Source: an uncultured cyanobacterium (GTDB lineage Bacteria; Cyanobacteriota; Cyanobacteriia; Cyanobacteriales; Nostocaceae). Taken from it: a DNA stretch of 64,000 nt. A program made the position numbers and the translations under genes. Position 1 is the stretch's first letter; every line of letters begins with the position of its first letter. Below, in pieces: positions 42,877-56,684 of this stretch. The stretch is taken from contig OY970166.1 of the NCBI GenBank assembly GCA_963706595.1, positions 576,001-640,000 of the forward strand. Reading direction: 5' to 3'. Under the pieces are notes generated by a model. The model was not told the DNA's origin. It was given only the letters and a program-made list of their open reading frames with translations, and did not search any database.

Positions 42877-43698
42877 ATGACTGACACCCAATTTGTTGTT
42901 TCCCCAACTTGGCTTTTTGAACATCTTAACGATCAACACATCGTCATTGTGGATTGTCGCTTTTCTCTTGCTGATCCTCAACTAGGAAAACAACAATACC
43001 AAGCAAGTCACATTAAAAATTCCTATTATCTAGATTTGAATCAGGATCTTTCCAGTCCTGTAGGTAAGCATGGCGGTAGACATCCTTTACCTGATGTCAA
43101 TGATCTAGCTCACAAATTATCAGCAATGGGGGTGGATTCCCAAAAAACTTTAGTTGTTGCTTATGATGATTCGCGCTTGGCCTTTGCATCTCGCCTTTGG
43201 TGGTTATTACGCTACTTAGGACATGAGTCAGTAGTTGTATTAGATGGAGGATTTACAGCATGGCAAAAAGCTGGTTATGTAGTCACAGATGTAATTTCGC
43301 TCCCCAAAAAAGGTAATTTCATCCCCAAAGTCACACCAGAACTGTTAATAGATATTGAAACTGTGAAAATTCGCAAAGATTTACCAGGAGTAGCTTTGGT
43401 AGATTCTAGAGAAAGCGATCGCTACAGAGGAGAACGAGAACCAATAGATAAAATTGCTGGTCATATTCCCGGTGCAGTTAACTATCCTTGGCAGGAAATC
43501 ACAAACTCTTCTGGTTATCTTCTTTCCCCATCAGAACAACGCCAACGCTGGGAGCAACTAGCAAAAGCTGAGGAAATTTTAGTTTATTGTGGTTCTGGTG
43601 TAACTGCTTGTGTGAATTTACTTTCTTTAAAAATAGCCAATATTCACACAGGAAAACTTTACGCTGGTAGTTGGAGTGACTGGATTAGTTATGAGTAG
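42877..43698 (+). CDS. Sulfurtransferase (two-domain rhodanese, SseA-like)
   Basis: GRHPLP, LDGG, GHIPGA, YCGSGVTAC, YAGSWSDW. Confidence 0.94.
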   Translation: MTDTQFVVSPTWLFEHLNDQHIVIVDCRFSLADPQLGKQQYQASHIKNSYYLDLNQDLSSPVGKHGGRHPLPDVNDLAHKLSAMGVDSQKTLVVAYDDSRLAFASRLWWLLRYLGHESVVVLDGGFTAWQKAGYVVTDVISLPKKGNFIPKVTPELLIDIETVKIRKDLPGVALVDSRESDRYRGEREPIDKIAGHIPGAVNYPWQEITNSSGYLLSPSEQRQRWEQLAKAEEILVYCGSGVTACVNLLSLKIANIHTGKLYAGSWSDWISYE

Positions 43699-43896
43699 GG
43701 ATTATTACTTTAAATATTCCTGATTTCCGCCGTGAATATCAGATAGTAAAAAATTTCATCCTGATTACAAGTAAAGTTATCTGCTGGGATAACGATATTA
43801 TTTCAGCGTATAGAAAGATAGCTAAATCAAAAGCGCCCTCCCATTTGGAAGAGCGCTTTGAACTTGCAGAGAAGTTATTGTTTATGTCTCAAAGAA

Positions 43897-44980
<1,084 letters not shown>

Positions 44981-45049
44981 GTTTTTATGATTGCGGTTAT
45001 TTATGTATGAATGAGACAGAGGCGTTTGCTTTTCTGTCTATGAAATTAC

Positions 45050-45067
45050 TTTACACTACTTTACAAA
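45050..45067. promoter_or_regulatory. HLR1 (RpaB-binding) direct repeat in the psbA promoter
   Basis: TTTACACT-AC-TTTACAAA fits (G/T)TTACA(T/A)(T/A)-N2 repeats with one mismatch and overlaps a -10-like TAAAGT on the minus strand. Confidence 0.65.
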
Positions 45068-45237
45068 TGTTAAGCAAGTAAATTAATATGAGTAAAAATT
45101 ATACATATAGTTAGTTTTACTTATCCAAAGATAAAAGTTATCGGCGTAGTTAAATAGGTGAGGACAGTGTTGATTGCTCAAAGCCTTAAAGAAACAGGGT
45201 TTGTCTTTAGCACTCAGTACATCAGCACTTTGCCGTA

Positions 45238-45334
45238 CTAGTACAGCACGGCGTAAACAGCACCACCACAAGAAATCAATGAAAAGCCTATAGCATCAGC
45301 TTTTCGACTTTTGGCGATCGCCTAGCGGTACTAG
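45238..45334. mobile_element. MITE-like element, CTAGTAC family (second copy)
   Basis: CTAGTACAGCACGGCGTAAA...GCGGTACTAG; homologous to 42204-42322. Confidence 0.7.
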
Positions 45335-45374
45335 TGCAGCGCAACCACATTATATAAACTCGTGATTTCGGAGC

Positions 45375-45479
45375 TATAGCAACCGCCAAGGAGGTTAAGA
45401 CATCAACGGATAATCAAACTTAAACACCAAAAGGGTTTTAACCCACTCCCCACTCCCCACTCCCTACTCCCCAGCTATA
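45375..45479 (+). mobile_element. Composite miniature element (GAGGTTAAGACAT family) with a short STRR tail
   Basis: TATAGC...GCTATA ends; head and tail shared with 50662-50831. Confidence 0.65.
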
Positions 45480-45532
45480 TCTGCCTAGAACTAGCTCCCA
45501 CTATTCAGAAGGTATTGGTAGCACTGAATTGA

Positions 45533-46873
45533 TCAGCGATCATTGCGTTTAGTCCCACGGCGTGATGAAGAGGGACGAGCATCGGACTTTTTACCACCTG
45601 TCACGGTTCGCGGTGTTGATTGTTTAGCTGATTTTTGTGGCACCGGTTTAGCAGTAGAGCCAGATGGACCTTTACTAGCGTTGGATCTGTGCTTGCGTCC
45701 ATCTGGAATTGATTCCGACTTGGTGGGAAAATTGGTTCCAAAGCCAGCAACCACTTCAAAAGGCAAGCGCTGTTCAATCAATTTTTCGATATCTGCCAGG
45801 AGATGGTATTCATCGGCGCACACCAGCGAGATAGCTTCACCTGACGCACCAGCGCGACCAGTACGACCAATGCGATGAACATAATCTTCTGGTACATTGG
45901 GCAGATCGAAATTGACCACATGGGGCAGTTCGCTGATGTCGAGACCCCGTGCCGCAATGTCGGTGGCCACTAATACCTGTAAAGTGCCGTTTTTAAACTT
46001 CGCCAGAGAGTTGGTACGCGCCGCCTGGCTTTTATTACCGTGGATAGCCAGTGCTTGAATACGCTCCTCACCCAACTGCTTAACCAGACGATCAGCACCG
46101 TGCTTAGTACGAGTAAACACTAGCACTTGATACCAATTATCTTGTCGAATCAACTGAGCAAGCAATTGGCGCTTCCGGTCACGGTCTACTTTATAGACTT
46201 TCTGTGCCACCGTGTCGGCCGTAACGTTGCGGCGTGCCACCTCAATCATCTTCGGTCGATCTAGCAGCCCAGTGGCAAGTGCCTTGATTTTATCGGAGAA
46301 GGTGGCAAAAAATAGCAAGTTTTGGCGTTTTTTGGGTAGAAGCGAGAGAATACGACGGATATCTCGAATAAAACCCATGTCTAACATCCGATCTGCTTCA
46401 TCCAGCACCAAAACCTCAATATGTGAAAGGTTTACCGTGCCTTGCTGCACATGGTCTAGCAATCGCCCTGGAGTGGCAACCAGAATATCCACTCGACCCT
46501 TCAGAAGCCGTTTTTGTGGATTAATACTGACACCGCCGAACATCGCCATCGTGTTCAACTTCAGATACTTGCCGTAATCACGCACGCTTGATTCCACCTG
46601 TGCGGCCAATTCACGAGTCGGGGTGAGAATCAGCGCCCGGATCGCTGGGCATCCATTAGAAGTGCTTTTAGCGCTCTGGGATGACAAACGATGCAGAAGC
46701 GGCAGGGTGAAGCTGGCAGTCTTTCCAGTACCAGTTTGAGCGCCAGCTAGTAAGTCGCTACCTGACAAGACGGCAGGGATCGCCTGTATCTGGATTGGCG
46801 TGGGTTTGGTATACCCTAACTCTGTGACAGCACGGATAATTTCATTGGACAAGCCGAGATTAGAAAAAGACAT
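45533..46873 (-). CDS. DEAD-box RNA helicase (RhlE/CrhC-like)
   Basis: Q motif, [26 protein letters not shown] in place of [18 protein letters not shown]; basic tail. Start MSFSNLGL at 46873. Confidence 0.93.
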   Translation of the reverse strand: MSFSNLGLSNEIIRAVTELGYTKPTPIQIQAIPAVLSGSDLLAGAQTGTGKTASFTLPLLHRLSSQSAKSTSNGCPAIRALILTPTRELAAQVESSVRDYGKYLKLNTMAMFGGVSINPQKRLLKGRVDILVATPGRLLDHVQQGTVNLSHIEVLVLDEADRMLDMGFIRDIRRILSLLPKKRQNLLFFATFSDKIKALATGLLDRPKMIEVARRNVTADTVAQKVYKVDRDRKRQLLAQLIRQDNWYQVLVFTRTKHGADRLVKQLGEERIQALAIHGNKSQAARTNSLAKFKNGTLQVLVATDIAARGLDISELPHVVNFDLPNVPEDYVHRIGRTGRAGASGEAISLVCADEYHLLADIEKLIEQRLPFEVVAGFGTNFPTKSESIPDGRKHRSNASKGPSGSTAKPVPQKSAKQSTPRTVTGGKKSDARPSSSRRGTKRNDR

Positions 46874-47313
46874 AGAACTCCGAAAATAACATCGGCCTGT
46901 CGCCAGTGGCGACATCAGTCTTAGGCAGACGGACAAAAGTTTGAAAGGCTGGATCGGCAGTAGCGCCAAGACTAAGAGCGAATGCCGCAGCTCTGCATTG
47001 TAACAGAGTGTAGTCTAAATGTTGTCATGTTTGGAGACATTACCACTCTACGCGAGCGAAACTCATACTGGAAAAAGAAATTCTCTGAGGTGTTCATGTT
47101 TATCATGAGCATCCTTCTGGGGTATGTAAATCAAAGTTTTATACTCATATCTGAAGAAAGAGGAAAGCAAAATCAGATTAATAGCAAAATAGAATATATC
47201 ATGTAGCCTTGATTGCTAGATTAAGCCCCCATAAAACAACTCCGTTTTAACTCCCCTCCCCTTACACCTACCGTGTACACACAAGTGATTGAATTACCTC
47301 AAATCCTTTAAAA

Positions 47314-47393
47314 GTAAGGTGTGTTATGCAGAAGGCTAACGCACCATCCCAGATTTTCGGTGCGTTAGGACTAAAGTCCATAACGCACCCTAC
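47314..47393. repeat. REP-like paired hairpins
   Basis: GGTGTGTTA..TAACGCACC and GGTGCGTTA..TAACGCACCCTAC, with GTAAG/CCTAC ends. Confidence 0.55.
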
Positions 47394-47629
47394 CGAAAGA
47401 AATAGACAACGTAACTTTAATTTTCGGCTATTTTAGTGAGCATAGATACAAAAGGGCTTGTCATCAGAAATCGCGCGCGCAAATTTTCAGAAAAATTCGG
47501 GTAATGCAAAGTTATTTAGGCCAAGCCTTGGGGGTGGGTGCAATGACTGTGGCAAACATAACTAATGATCCGAAGCTGATATTATCGTTCCTGCAAAGAT
47601 GAGAGAAGAACAACCACACAGGTGTAATT

Positions 47630-48328
47630 ATGACTATAGCGACAGACGAAGAACTCCAAGCTAAAGTTGTAGATAAACTTCACTGGGATGACCGTGTAAA
47701 TGCAGCAAATATTGGTGTAACTGTTGATGATGCCAAGGTAACATTGCGGGGAACAGTACCTAGCTATCGAGCCAAAAGCATAGCAGAAGAAGATACTAAA
47801 GACATAGAAGGAATTATTGAGGTAATTAATCACTTACAGGTGCAGTATCCTGCCTCAATCCCTGTGCCTATAGATGACGAAATCGCCTCAAATGTCGCAA
47901 ATGCCCTGACTTGGGACCCAGATATTGATGCCAACAAAATTGATGTTAGCGTTATCGGTGGATTGCTGACTTTACGAGGTACAGTAGACGCTTATTGGAA
48001 GAAATTTCAGGTAGAAGATATAGGTTATGGCATTACTGGTGTAATTGATATTATCAATGAATTAGCAGTTGTGCCTACTAAGAGACCTGAAGATGAGGAA
48101 ATTGCCAGAAGCATTGAGAATGCTTTGGAACATAATACTTTTGTGGAAGCTGAAGATGTCAACGTTGTAGTAGAAAATGGCAGAGTCACCCTCACAGGCT
48201 TTGTTCCTAATTGGGCAGCATGGAGAGCAGCACATAATGCAGCTACTTATACCAAAGGAGTGATTAAGGTAGTTGATGGATTAGCTATTCGTTACCTAGA
48301 GGAACAAGAATTTTTAACTGAAGAATAA
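47630..48328 (+). CDS. BON-domain protein (three domains, OsmY-like)
   Basis: Three repeats of D.EI...V...L..D....I.V.V..G.VTL.G.V......A......GV..V.N.L. Confidence 0.9.
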   Translation: MTIATDEELQAKVVDKLHWDDRVNAANIGVTVDDAKVTLRGTVPSYRAKSIAEEDTKDIEGIIEVINHLQVQYPASIPVPIDDEIASNVANALTWDPDIDANKIDVSVIGGLLTLRGTVDAYWKKFQVEDIGYGITGVIDIINELAVVPTKRPEDEEIARSIENALEHNTFVEAEDVNVVVENGRVTLTGFVPNWAAWRAAHNAATYTKGVIKVVDGLAIRYLEEQEFLTEE

Positions 48329-48434
48329 CTGTATTTTGATAATTTTTATAGCCCGCGTAGGCGGGCTGAGTTCGTGCATCCGCCCTATTGAAGCTATTAT
48401 GCGGATATTTATTGATAGCATGACCTGAAACCCA

Positions 48435-48485
48435 TGTAGAGACGTGAGATGTTACGTCTCTACATTCTTTTTGATTAGATGTCTA
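48435..48485. mobile_element. Partial TAGACATCT-family element
   Basis: TGTAGAGACG..CGTCTCTACA hairpin plus the AGATGTCTA end, which overlaps the MerR stop codon. Confidence 0.55.
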
Positions 48486-48893
48486 TTGGATAATCGGGCA
48501 GATTGTATCCTCTTTCTGACTAGATTTATTGTTCCAGCCGTCGAGTAATTCCCCGATTTGTGAGCGTAAGGTCAGCAATTGAGTAATTTGGCTATCAATC
48601 TGTGAAAGTTTTTCTTCTAACTTTTCTCTAATTTCGTCACAGGGGGGTTGTCCTTGGTCATAGACCTGAAGAATATCTCGAATCTCTTCCAAACTCAGGC
48701 CTAAACTTTGCGCCCTTTTAATGAAAGCTAACCGAGTCAGCACATCTATTGAGAATTGGCGAAAACCTCCCTCTGTGCGCCCTGATGATTCTACTAAACC
48801 TAAACTTTCGTAATAGCGAATTGTCCTGATCGGAATTCCGCTCAGATTTGTTACCTGACCAATTAAAAACAGTTTTTTATCCTGAGTTAACAC
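48483..48893 (-). CDS. MerR family heavy-metal-responsive regulator
   Basis: IRTIRYYESLGL HTH, RTEGGFR, LGLSLEEI, Cys in PPCDEI and ICP. Confidence 0.92.
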   Translation of the reverse strand: MLTQDKKLFLIGQVTNLSGIPIRTIRYYESLGLVESSGRTEGGFRQFSIDVLTRLAFIKRAQSLGLSLEEIRDILQVYDQGQPPCDEIREKLEEKLSQIDSQITQLLTLRSQIGELLDGWNNKSSQKEDTICPIIQ

Positions 48894-48937
48894 GGCAGAC
48901 TTCCCTAACTCTTGTATTTATTATGACATATTTTGGT

Positions 48938-49032
48938 GGGGAGTGGGGAGTGGGGAATAAACTTTTTGTGTGATGCCGAGATTGTAAGCGCACAGCGCAG
49001 GCTACGCCAACAAAAATCAGATAGGAGTCCTA
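48938..49032 (-). mobile_element. Third copy of the TAGGACTCCTA element with a short STRR
   Basis: Near-identical head to 3012-3095. Confidence 0.7.
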
Positions 49033-49284
49033 TAGAATTTTTATTTGTTTAGAGATTATACTCAGGTTTTATGATTCAAATATCTATTATGAGGGAATAA
49101 CGGCATATATTAAACATTATTTAATTGACAAAAAACTCTGATATTGGGTTGATTGAATATTCAATCAGAAGATTTTTATTAATTAGTTGTGCAACTATCT
49201 TTCCCAGTAATAAAAGTAACCGTTTCTTGGCGATTATCATGTTACTTCTAGATTAACCGCTTCACTTCAAGTGAAACTCTGAAA

Positions 49285-50370
49285 ATGAATGTTAATTTGC
49301 AGAACGTTAGCTCAAACCATAAACCGAGAATTTTTAATAATCCTGAACGTTTTGTTGAGGGATGGTACTGGGTTATCCCATCAAAACATCTACGGGTCGG
49401 GAAGGTAAAGGCTGTCACAGTTTTGGGTAGGGAATTAGCGATTTACCGTGGTAAAGATAAAGGTGTCGTTATTGTTGATGCCTATTGTCCGCATATGGGC
49501 GCTCATCTGGCGGAAGGCAAAGTTGAGGGTAACGAATTACGTTGTTTTTTCCATCATTGGAAGTTTGATGACCAAGGATTTTGTGTTGATATCCCATGTT
49601 TAAGTCAGCCTGTTACTGTCAGGTTAAAAACTTGGCCTACGGCTGAGAAGTATGGGATGATTTGGGTTTGGACTGGAGAAATACCCAAACAACCCCTACC
49701 CTTTGTTCTGGAGTTAGAAAACCAGGAATGCGATGCTGTTTTTGGTTCTTATTTCTTGGTGAACTCTCACCCGAATGCGGTGATGATTAATCCCATTGAT
49801 GCTCAACACTTGAATACAGTTCACAAATTAACATCAGAAATTCATTTTGAAAAACAGGAACTCAATCAGAATGCTATTGTGTTCACGAATACTTCACCTA
49901 ACACTGGAAATTCATTTTTAGAGAAGCTGATACGTCCCTTCAGCAAAAATAGCACTTACAATATTTGCTATTGGTATGGTAGCACTAACATCGTAACCTT
50001 TGGGACTGATTGCTTCCATGTTCACGTTATGTTTGCCGCGCGCCTCCTGGAAGGGGGCAAATCTGAAGTTCAGGTGATGCTGATTAGTAAGAAACGTCGG
50101 AGAATTTTTGGTTGGTTATATAATCGAGTCGTGTTGTGGCTGATTAAAATTATGGGGATAAATTTTGTTCAGGATGACCTGAAGGTTTTTGAGACAATTA
50201 AGTTTGATTTGAAAACTCCAATCAAGGCAGACTACTCAATTATGCAGTTTGTCAATCATCTGGAAAGACAAAAACCCCTGATGTTAAAAAGTTGGCAGTT
50301 AGCGCGATCGCAAAATGTGGAAGTTAAGGAAACTCGCGAAAAATGGCAGGATACAAAGTCTAATGATTGA
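49285..50370 (+). CDS. Rieske non-heme iron oxygenase
   Basis: CPH-x16-CFFH Rieske motif and DAQHLNTVH mononuclear iron motif. Confidence 0.9.
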   Translation: MNVNLQNVSSNHKPRIFNNPERFVEGWYWVIPSKHLRVGKVKAVTVLGRELAIYRGKDKGVVIVDAYCPHMGAHLAEGKVEGNELRCFFHHWKFDDQGFCVDIPCLSQPVTVRLKTWPTAEKYGMIWVWTGEIPKQPLPFVLELENQECDAVFGSYFLVNSHPNAVMINPIDAQHLNTVHKLTSEIHFEKQELNQNAIVFTNTSPNTGNSFLEKLIRPFSKNSTYNICYWYGSTNIVTFGTDCFHVHVMFAARLLEGGKSEVQVMLISKKRRRIFGWLYNRVVLWLIKIMGINFVQDDLKVFETIKFDLKTPIKADYSIMQFVNHLERQKPLMLKSWQLARSQNVEVKETREKWQDTKSND

Positions 50371-50425
50371 TAGACATCTGCGGCAAAAGAATGTAGAGAT
50401 TTGTGATGCTTAGTCTCTACAATGG
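50371..50425. mobile_element. Partial TAGACATCT-family element
   Basis: TAGACATCT..AAAAGAATGTAGAGA..TCTCTACA directly after the stop codon. Confidence 0.55.
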
Positions 50426-50661
50426 TTATGGATAAGGCATATTCGAGATAAAAAAAGATAAAAATGAAGTGGCAATGCCACTTCATAATTCCCAGGTAGA
50501 ACCTAAAAATGAGTATAACGACTATCCCAAATATAAATAGTATAAACTAACACTTATTTTTTTAATTTTTCTGTTTTCTTGACCGTCTGGGTGAGAGCAT
50601 TGTCATTTATTTCAGGCAATCACCAGATGCTAAATAGATTTCATCGCCCAAAAAAAGCAAA

Positions 50662-50831
<170 letters not shown>

Positions 50832-50835
50832 AGCC

Positions 50836-53800
50836 TTAAAATCGCCGTTGAAATTCCACTACGACCCGACTATCGTCTTCTAAATTAGTGGAAGCACGCA
50901 AACGAATTTCCTCATTGATGCGGTAATTTACACCCCACTGAAATGGATCATTTGCTGTCAATATTTTGATGCTGGAAACAGAAACTTTGGGAGAAACATC
51001 AATTCCAGCCTCCGCAGCTAATTCCAAACTGGAACTGCTCCTTCCGGCTTCGGGACTATTTGAAACAATTGTCGGAAATATCCGCAGTTCACTTAACCCG
51101 ACAGCGCTACCAATTTGATTAAAGGCTGACTGAAAGTTGCTGAATACAGCTGAACCTGCAATGTTAATCAGACCCAAAGTGCTATCTCCACCTTCCTGTC
51201 CGCCTGCAAACCCACCGCCCAACAAGGCGACAATTTCGGTTTCTGAACGGGCGGGACTGCTTTTTAGTTCTAGTGTTTCATTGAGTTGACTGGCAAAACC
51301 TTGGATATTGGCTTCAACTTGCACACTTTCTAAGGCTGCTAACCCAGCAGTATTTGCCCGTGTGAAATCACTACTTTGAAGTACGTCTAGTACCTTGGCG
51401 ACTAAGCGAACATCTAATTCGGGGTCACGAGGTTGGCTGGCTCTGAAGGTGGCTGTATGTTTGTAACCACGAGCGAGGTTAAACTGTGTGGTAAACAAAT
51501 TCACTCCACCTTGCTCTAGTCTGATAGTACCATCGGGTATTGGTTCAGCAAAGGAGCCGTTAACTATGAGATTACCTGTACCTCGAAAGCTCAGAATAGG
51601 TGGATTATTGATTTCTACGTTTTTACCGAGTTCTATATCTAAATTATTAAACGTCGCGATCGCATCGTCGCTATCAGCTTGAATCTGTTTGTTGACTTTA
51701 GAGGATGATAAGCTACTAGGATTGGCAGGTTGCTCTGGATTGGCAGTACCTGCAAGTAAAACTTGACCATTGAATAAATTCACTTTACCGCCAATTTCTG
51801 GATTCAGAGCCGAACCTGTAATTTGTAAATTGCCACTAGCGCCTCCTTGGTACAAGCCTTTCAGATTTAAAGCTAGTTCATCGACATCAATAATGAGGGG
51901 ATTTTCCAGATTCGCTGGTCCGTTGTTAAAGATGGGAATTTCTCCAGATGCTACTACATTACCTCGGCTAAACTTACCTGCCAGGCTGTCTACTAAAATG
52001 CGGTCAAAATCAAACAGGACTTTTCCTGTGACACCTCGGATTTGTTCTGGTAAAGCCTGGGCGCTAAAGGTGGCATTATTAAGAGTCGCAATGCCATTCA
52101 CTCTCGGTTTTTCTCTTGTCCCGCGCACTTCAATGTCTACGTCTCCTTCACCGTTCTCAAAGGCTACCTGATTGGTCAAGAGATTTAATATTGCTAATCC
52201 CTCATTTTTGACTTTGATATCCAAATTAATTTGATTGTTTTCTGGGGCTACAGAAGCAAAAGGTAACTGATAGGGAATGCTACCAGTAATGTTCACTGGT
52301 TCTGTTTCCACAACTGAGACAGTGCTGCCAAAGTTTAAGCGTCCATTCGCATAACTGAAACTGGCGATCGCTGACTCAACTGGCTGCTGATTCAAGGTTC
52401 CTTCTGTAATTGTCAAATCACCTTTGCTTTGAGGATTGGCAATGCTACCGGCTATTGCGGCTGTACCATTGAGATTACCTGAGATCCCAATTGGTAGGTT
52501 GACAAAATTATTTAGTAATGCTATTGGGAAATCCTTGACCCGCAACTGACCAGATTGATCATCACCGCCAATATTACCTGCAAACACGAGACTGCTATTT
52601 TCTAACTCAATTCGGAATGGTCGTAATTGCAAAATTCCATTTTCAAACCTGCCTTGGGCAACTATGTTATTAGCACTATAGAAACGATTGGGTTCTGTTT
52701 CTTTACCCCAGGTAAAATCTTGACCTCTCAAATCAAATCCTACTGATAAGCCCTTCGCTGTGGCAGTATCTACGGCAATTTCGCCGTTAAAAGATCCTTG
52801 TAAATCTGCTAATGCTGGGATGGGATTGGATTCGAGCCGTTGTTGTGCTTGTGCCGCTAGCAGGGCATCAATTTCGTAAAAGCGTTTGAGTTGGGTTAAT
52901 AAAGGCTGTTCGGGTAATCCACGAGATGTAGTTGCTAGATCCGCAGCTGTGCCGTAGGTGGGTTCTGCTGCACCACGTTGAAAATCTGGTAATTCAAATA
53001 TCTGCGCTACTGTTAGCACATCTTGGATATTACCCTGATTGACATTCAATTTCCCCTGTAGTTGCTGTCCTTGGGAAGTTTGACCAAAATTGCCAGCGAA
53101 AGCATAACGACTGTTGCCTTTGACAAATTCGCTGCTGGTGAGTGTGGTTTTACCATCACTATAGCGGAACTGAGCGGCCAAGCGATCGCCTGTAATTCTA
53201 CCAATTTGTGGAGAGGCGATCGCTAAATCTCCTCTTGCTGCCAATGTCTGCTGATTCACCTGCACATCCCCAGTTAACAGCCCAGCCACAGTCCCAGCAC
53301 CTAAACGCAGATCCGGCGGTGGTGTTAAATTTAAAATTTGTAAAGGAAAGTTTGCCACCTTAATAGCCAAATCATCCCCTTGTGCTTGACCTGTAGCGTA
53401 AGCTTCTTGGCGCTGCACAAGGAACGACTGCGGGCGATTTTGGGCATCAAGATTTAAAGCAATTCTATCTATATCACCCCTCAAATCTAAATTGAAACCT
53501 TGACCTGTTGCCGAGCGGATATTTCCCGTTAACAAAGGCTCAAAAGCAATATCTTGTACAACCAAATCTCTTAACCCAATCTTCCCTGTGAGATTCGGTA
53601 AAGGCAGATTACCAGTGATTTGCCCGTCAAAATCGATATTTCCCGCCACATCAAACTGATTGGGCAGATTGATTGGTAACTGTTTTAAATTATAATTCTG
53701 CGCTTGGACGTTGAGATTTAACTGGGTAATTTCCGGAATAGCTGCGGTCTTCGCATTAGTTAATATGTCACCACTGATATTTAAGCCATTCGCTACAGCT

Positions 53801-56491
53801 TGTTCAATAGCTATTTTTTCACCAGTCCAAGTGAGTGCAGCAATTAACGGTTGTTCAATGCCGGGAATACCTTGAGATAATTGTACTTGTCCCGCCGCCC
53901 GCACATCAGCTAAATTAGCAGATCCCAGAATCCCAGCCACCTGCAAATTACCGCCCAAATTACCCCGTAACTGCTGATTTAACCGATTTAATTCCACACC
54001 TTCAGCATCAACTACAGCCTGATAGCGACCCTTAGCCAGTTGAATATTAGCAGGCTGTAATGGTTCCCCCGGCAACATTCAACCGTCCTTGACCACTGGC
54101 TTGGATAGTTTCTGGACCGAAAGACTCAACCGACCCCGCTACATTTAACTGACCAGTTAACTCTCCCCGAAATTGTGGAGGTACTGCTATCAACTGTTGT
54201 AAAGGAAGATTATTCGTTTCAACTTGCGCTTGATATAGACCGTTAGCCAATTGAATATTAGAGGCTGCAATCGTTCCCCCAGGGACGTTAAGCCGTGCTT
54301 TACCACTAGCTTGGATGGCTGCTAAACTAAAAGATTCCACAGTTCCGGCGACGTTAAATTGACCAGTTAACCCGCCTTTCAACTGTTCTGGAACTGCTGC
54401 CAATTGCTGGACAGCCACATTATTGGCTTGTACCTGTGCTTGATATACACCATCAGCTAATTGGATATTAGTAGCTGTAATAATTCCATCTCCCAGACTC
54501 AGACGCGCTTCACCAGTGCCGCGTAAGGTGTTGATGGCAAAATTTTCTGTGTTCCCTGCGATTTGAAACGTACCCGCTAAGGGACTACCCAAAGCTGGGG
54601 GGGATTCTTTCAAAATCCGCCCTAGCCTCACATTATTAGCCACCAGCTGCGCCGAAAAGTTTTGATCTTGCAACTGGATACGAGAAACTGCAACTGTGCC
54701 ACCACCAATGTTTACTCCTGCGCCTTCAGTGCGAATGCTGGCAATTTCAAAGGGTTCCGCCCTACCTTCCAAGATGACACGACCATTGAATTCTGCCCCT
54801 GCTAAAGAGATATTTTGCAGTTGATTTTCGTCTACAAAAGTTGTCAACCCGACACCAGAAGCTTGGGTAACGGCTCGCCAACGCCCTTGAGCAAAACTCC
54901 CAGAACCTCTTACCATCCCACCTGCGACATTCAACGCCACATTGCGGAAGGCGAGGGTACGGTCTGCGGCGATAACAGTTTCACCAGTACCGGGATAGGT
55001 GGCTTCCGGGGCTTGCCATTTGACTACAGTTTGGACATTATTGGCCGCACCAATCAATTGAGCTGTAGCGGAAACAGTACCGATTTGGATTGGGGGTGTG
55101 GTTTCATAAATTTTAGCTACGGCATCCCCAGAAATATTCTTAGCTGCGAAATTAAAATCTAATTGGGGAGTTTGCCCTAGTTTAATATTACCAACACCTG
55201 TAATTTCTCCACCAACTGCGGCTTGTCCCTGAATATCTCTGAAGCTAATTAAATCAGCATGAGGAGCAAATTCAAATTTACTAGTAATATTTTTAAAATC
55301 AATTTTATCAATCTGGGCAGTTTTAATAGTGGCAATTGCACCTGAGAGAACGGGTTTGGTGATGGGTCCAAGCATTTGTAAATTAGCTTGTAAATTCCCT
55401 GTTACAGGTACTGGCAATGTGAGATTGAGACTTTCTTGAGTATGAGCCACACTGACTGCATCAACACGACCTGCCAATTTATAGCCTGTTTTCGGGTCGA
55501 TAATGCCTGTAGCCACCAGAGGAATTTTGCCGTAACTGCCAGTAACATTATCTAGCTGTACTTCTGTCCCACCGAAGCGAATAGCCCCTTGAGTATTGAG
55601 AAAAGCTTGGGGTAAGTTGGGAATTTGCAGCGTTACTCCTTGTAAATCTGCATTGCCAAATAATAGGGTCGGCTGTTTTGGTGTGAGTTGAATCTGCACG
55701 TTGCCATTAACTCTACCCGCCTGAAAATCGAAGGGTAACTTAATCACTTGGGTAATTTTAGCAGCTAATAAATCTTGCGATCGCAATTGCAACTTAGCTG
55801 CTAATGTTTGAGGAATCACCTCTCCTTGAATAGCAAGATTACCCCCACTACCTGCTTCACCCCTGACATCAAACTTAATCAGCTTGTTTTTTTGGAGCAG
55901 TTGAGCCGTGCCATTGATTTGTGAAAATTCTACAGGTGTGACAGTGGATATTACTTTTTGATCTCTGACTTGCGGTATCAATAGCAGCTTGCCATTGCGA
56001 AACCGGAGTTTGTCTAAATCAGTTTTAATCAGTGCTGTTTCACCTGGAGGGGCAATTTTAGTAGTAATCCAGCGCCCTTGATTATCTTGTTCAATGTAAA
56101 TATCTGGGTTAACTAAGGTAACATCCAGCTTCAGTTGACGGTTAAAAATTAATTGCCACGGGTCAAAACCCACTTCTACAGCATCCACCACTGCCCGATC
56201 TCGATCTGTGGGTGTGGCGGGAATGGTTGAAGCCCCAAATTGTACTCCTGTCAAGGAAAAGCCGGTGACTGCTCCCAAGTTTACCGGACGGTTGAGTGTG
56301 TTTGTGATCCCGTTTTGGGCTAGGGGCGTTAATTCTTTCTGGACAAAACTCCACAACCGCCAGATACCCCCGGCCATTCCCACTAGCAAAATTCCGCCCA
56401 GGGTAATGCCACCGCGTCTCAACAACAGCAACCACAAACCCTTGTGAGTCCGGTCATGGGAATCATGGTTTTCATTAGGAGATTTAGTCAT
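50836..56491 (-). CDS. tamB: Translocation/assembly module TamB (DUF490) family protein; frameshift at ~54053
   Basis: N-terminal TM anchor, long beta-rich body and a DUF490-like C-terminus ending EFQRRF. The two ORFs join by removing 1 nt. Confidence 0.85.
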
Positions 56492-56684
56492 AAAGGTTTC
56501 GCTTATAGGCCAGTGTAGTTAACCGACTACTAACATTAAATAACAACTATTATGGTCATAATTATTCCAGGATACAGACCTATTTTAAACGTTGGTGTAC
56601 TTATTACTGATGTTCACAATTCAATGTACTGCCCCTTTCTAGCTCAATATTGATTGATTATGGGCAAAATCAGCAATAAAATAA

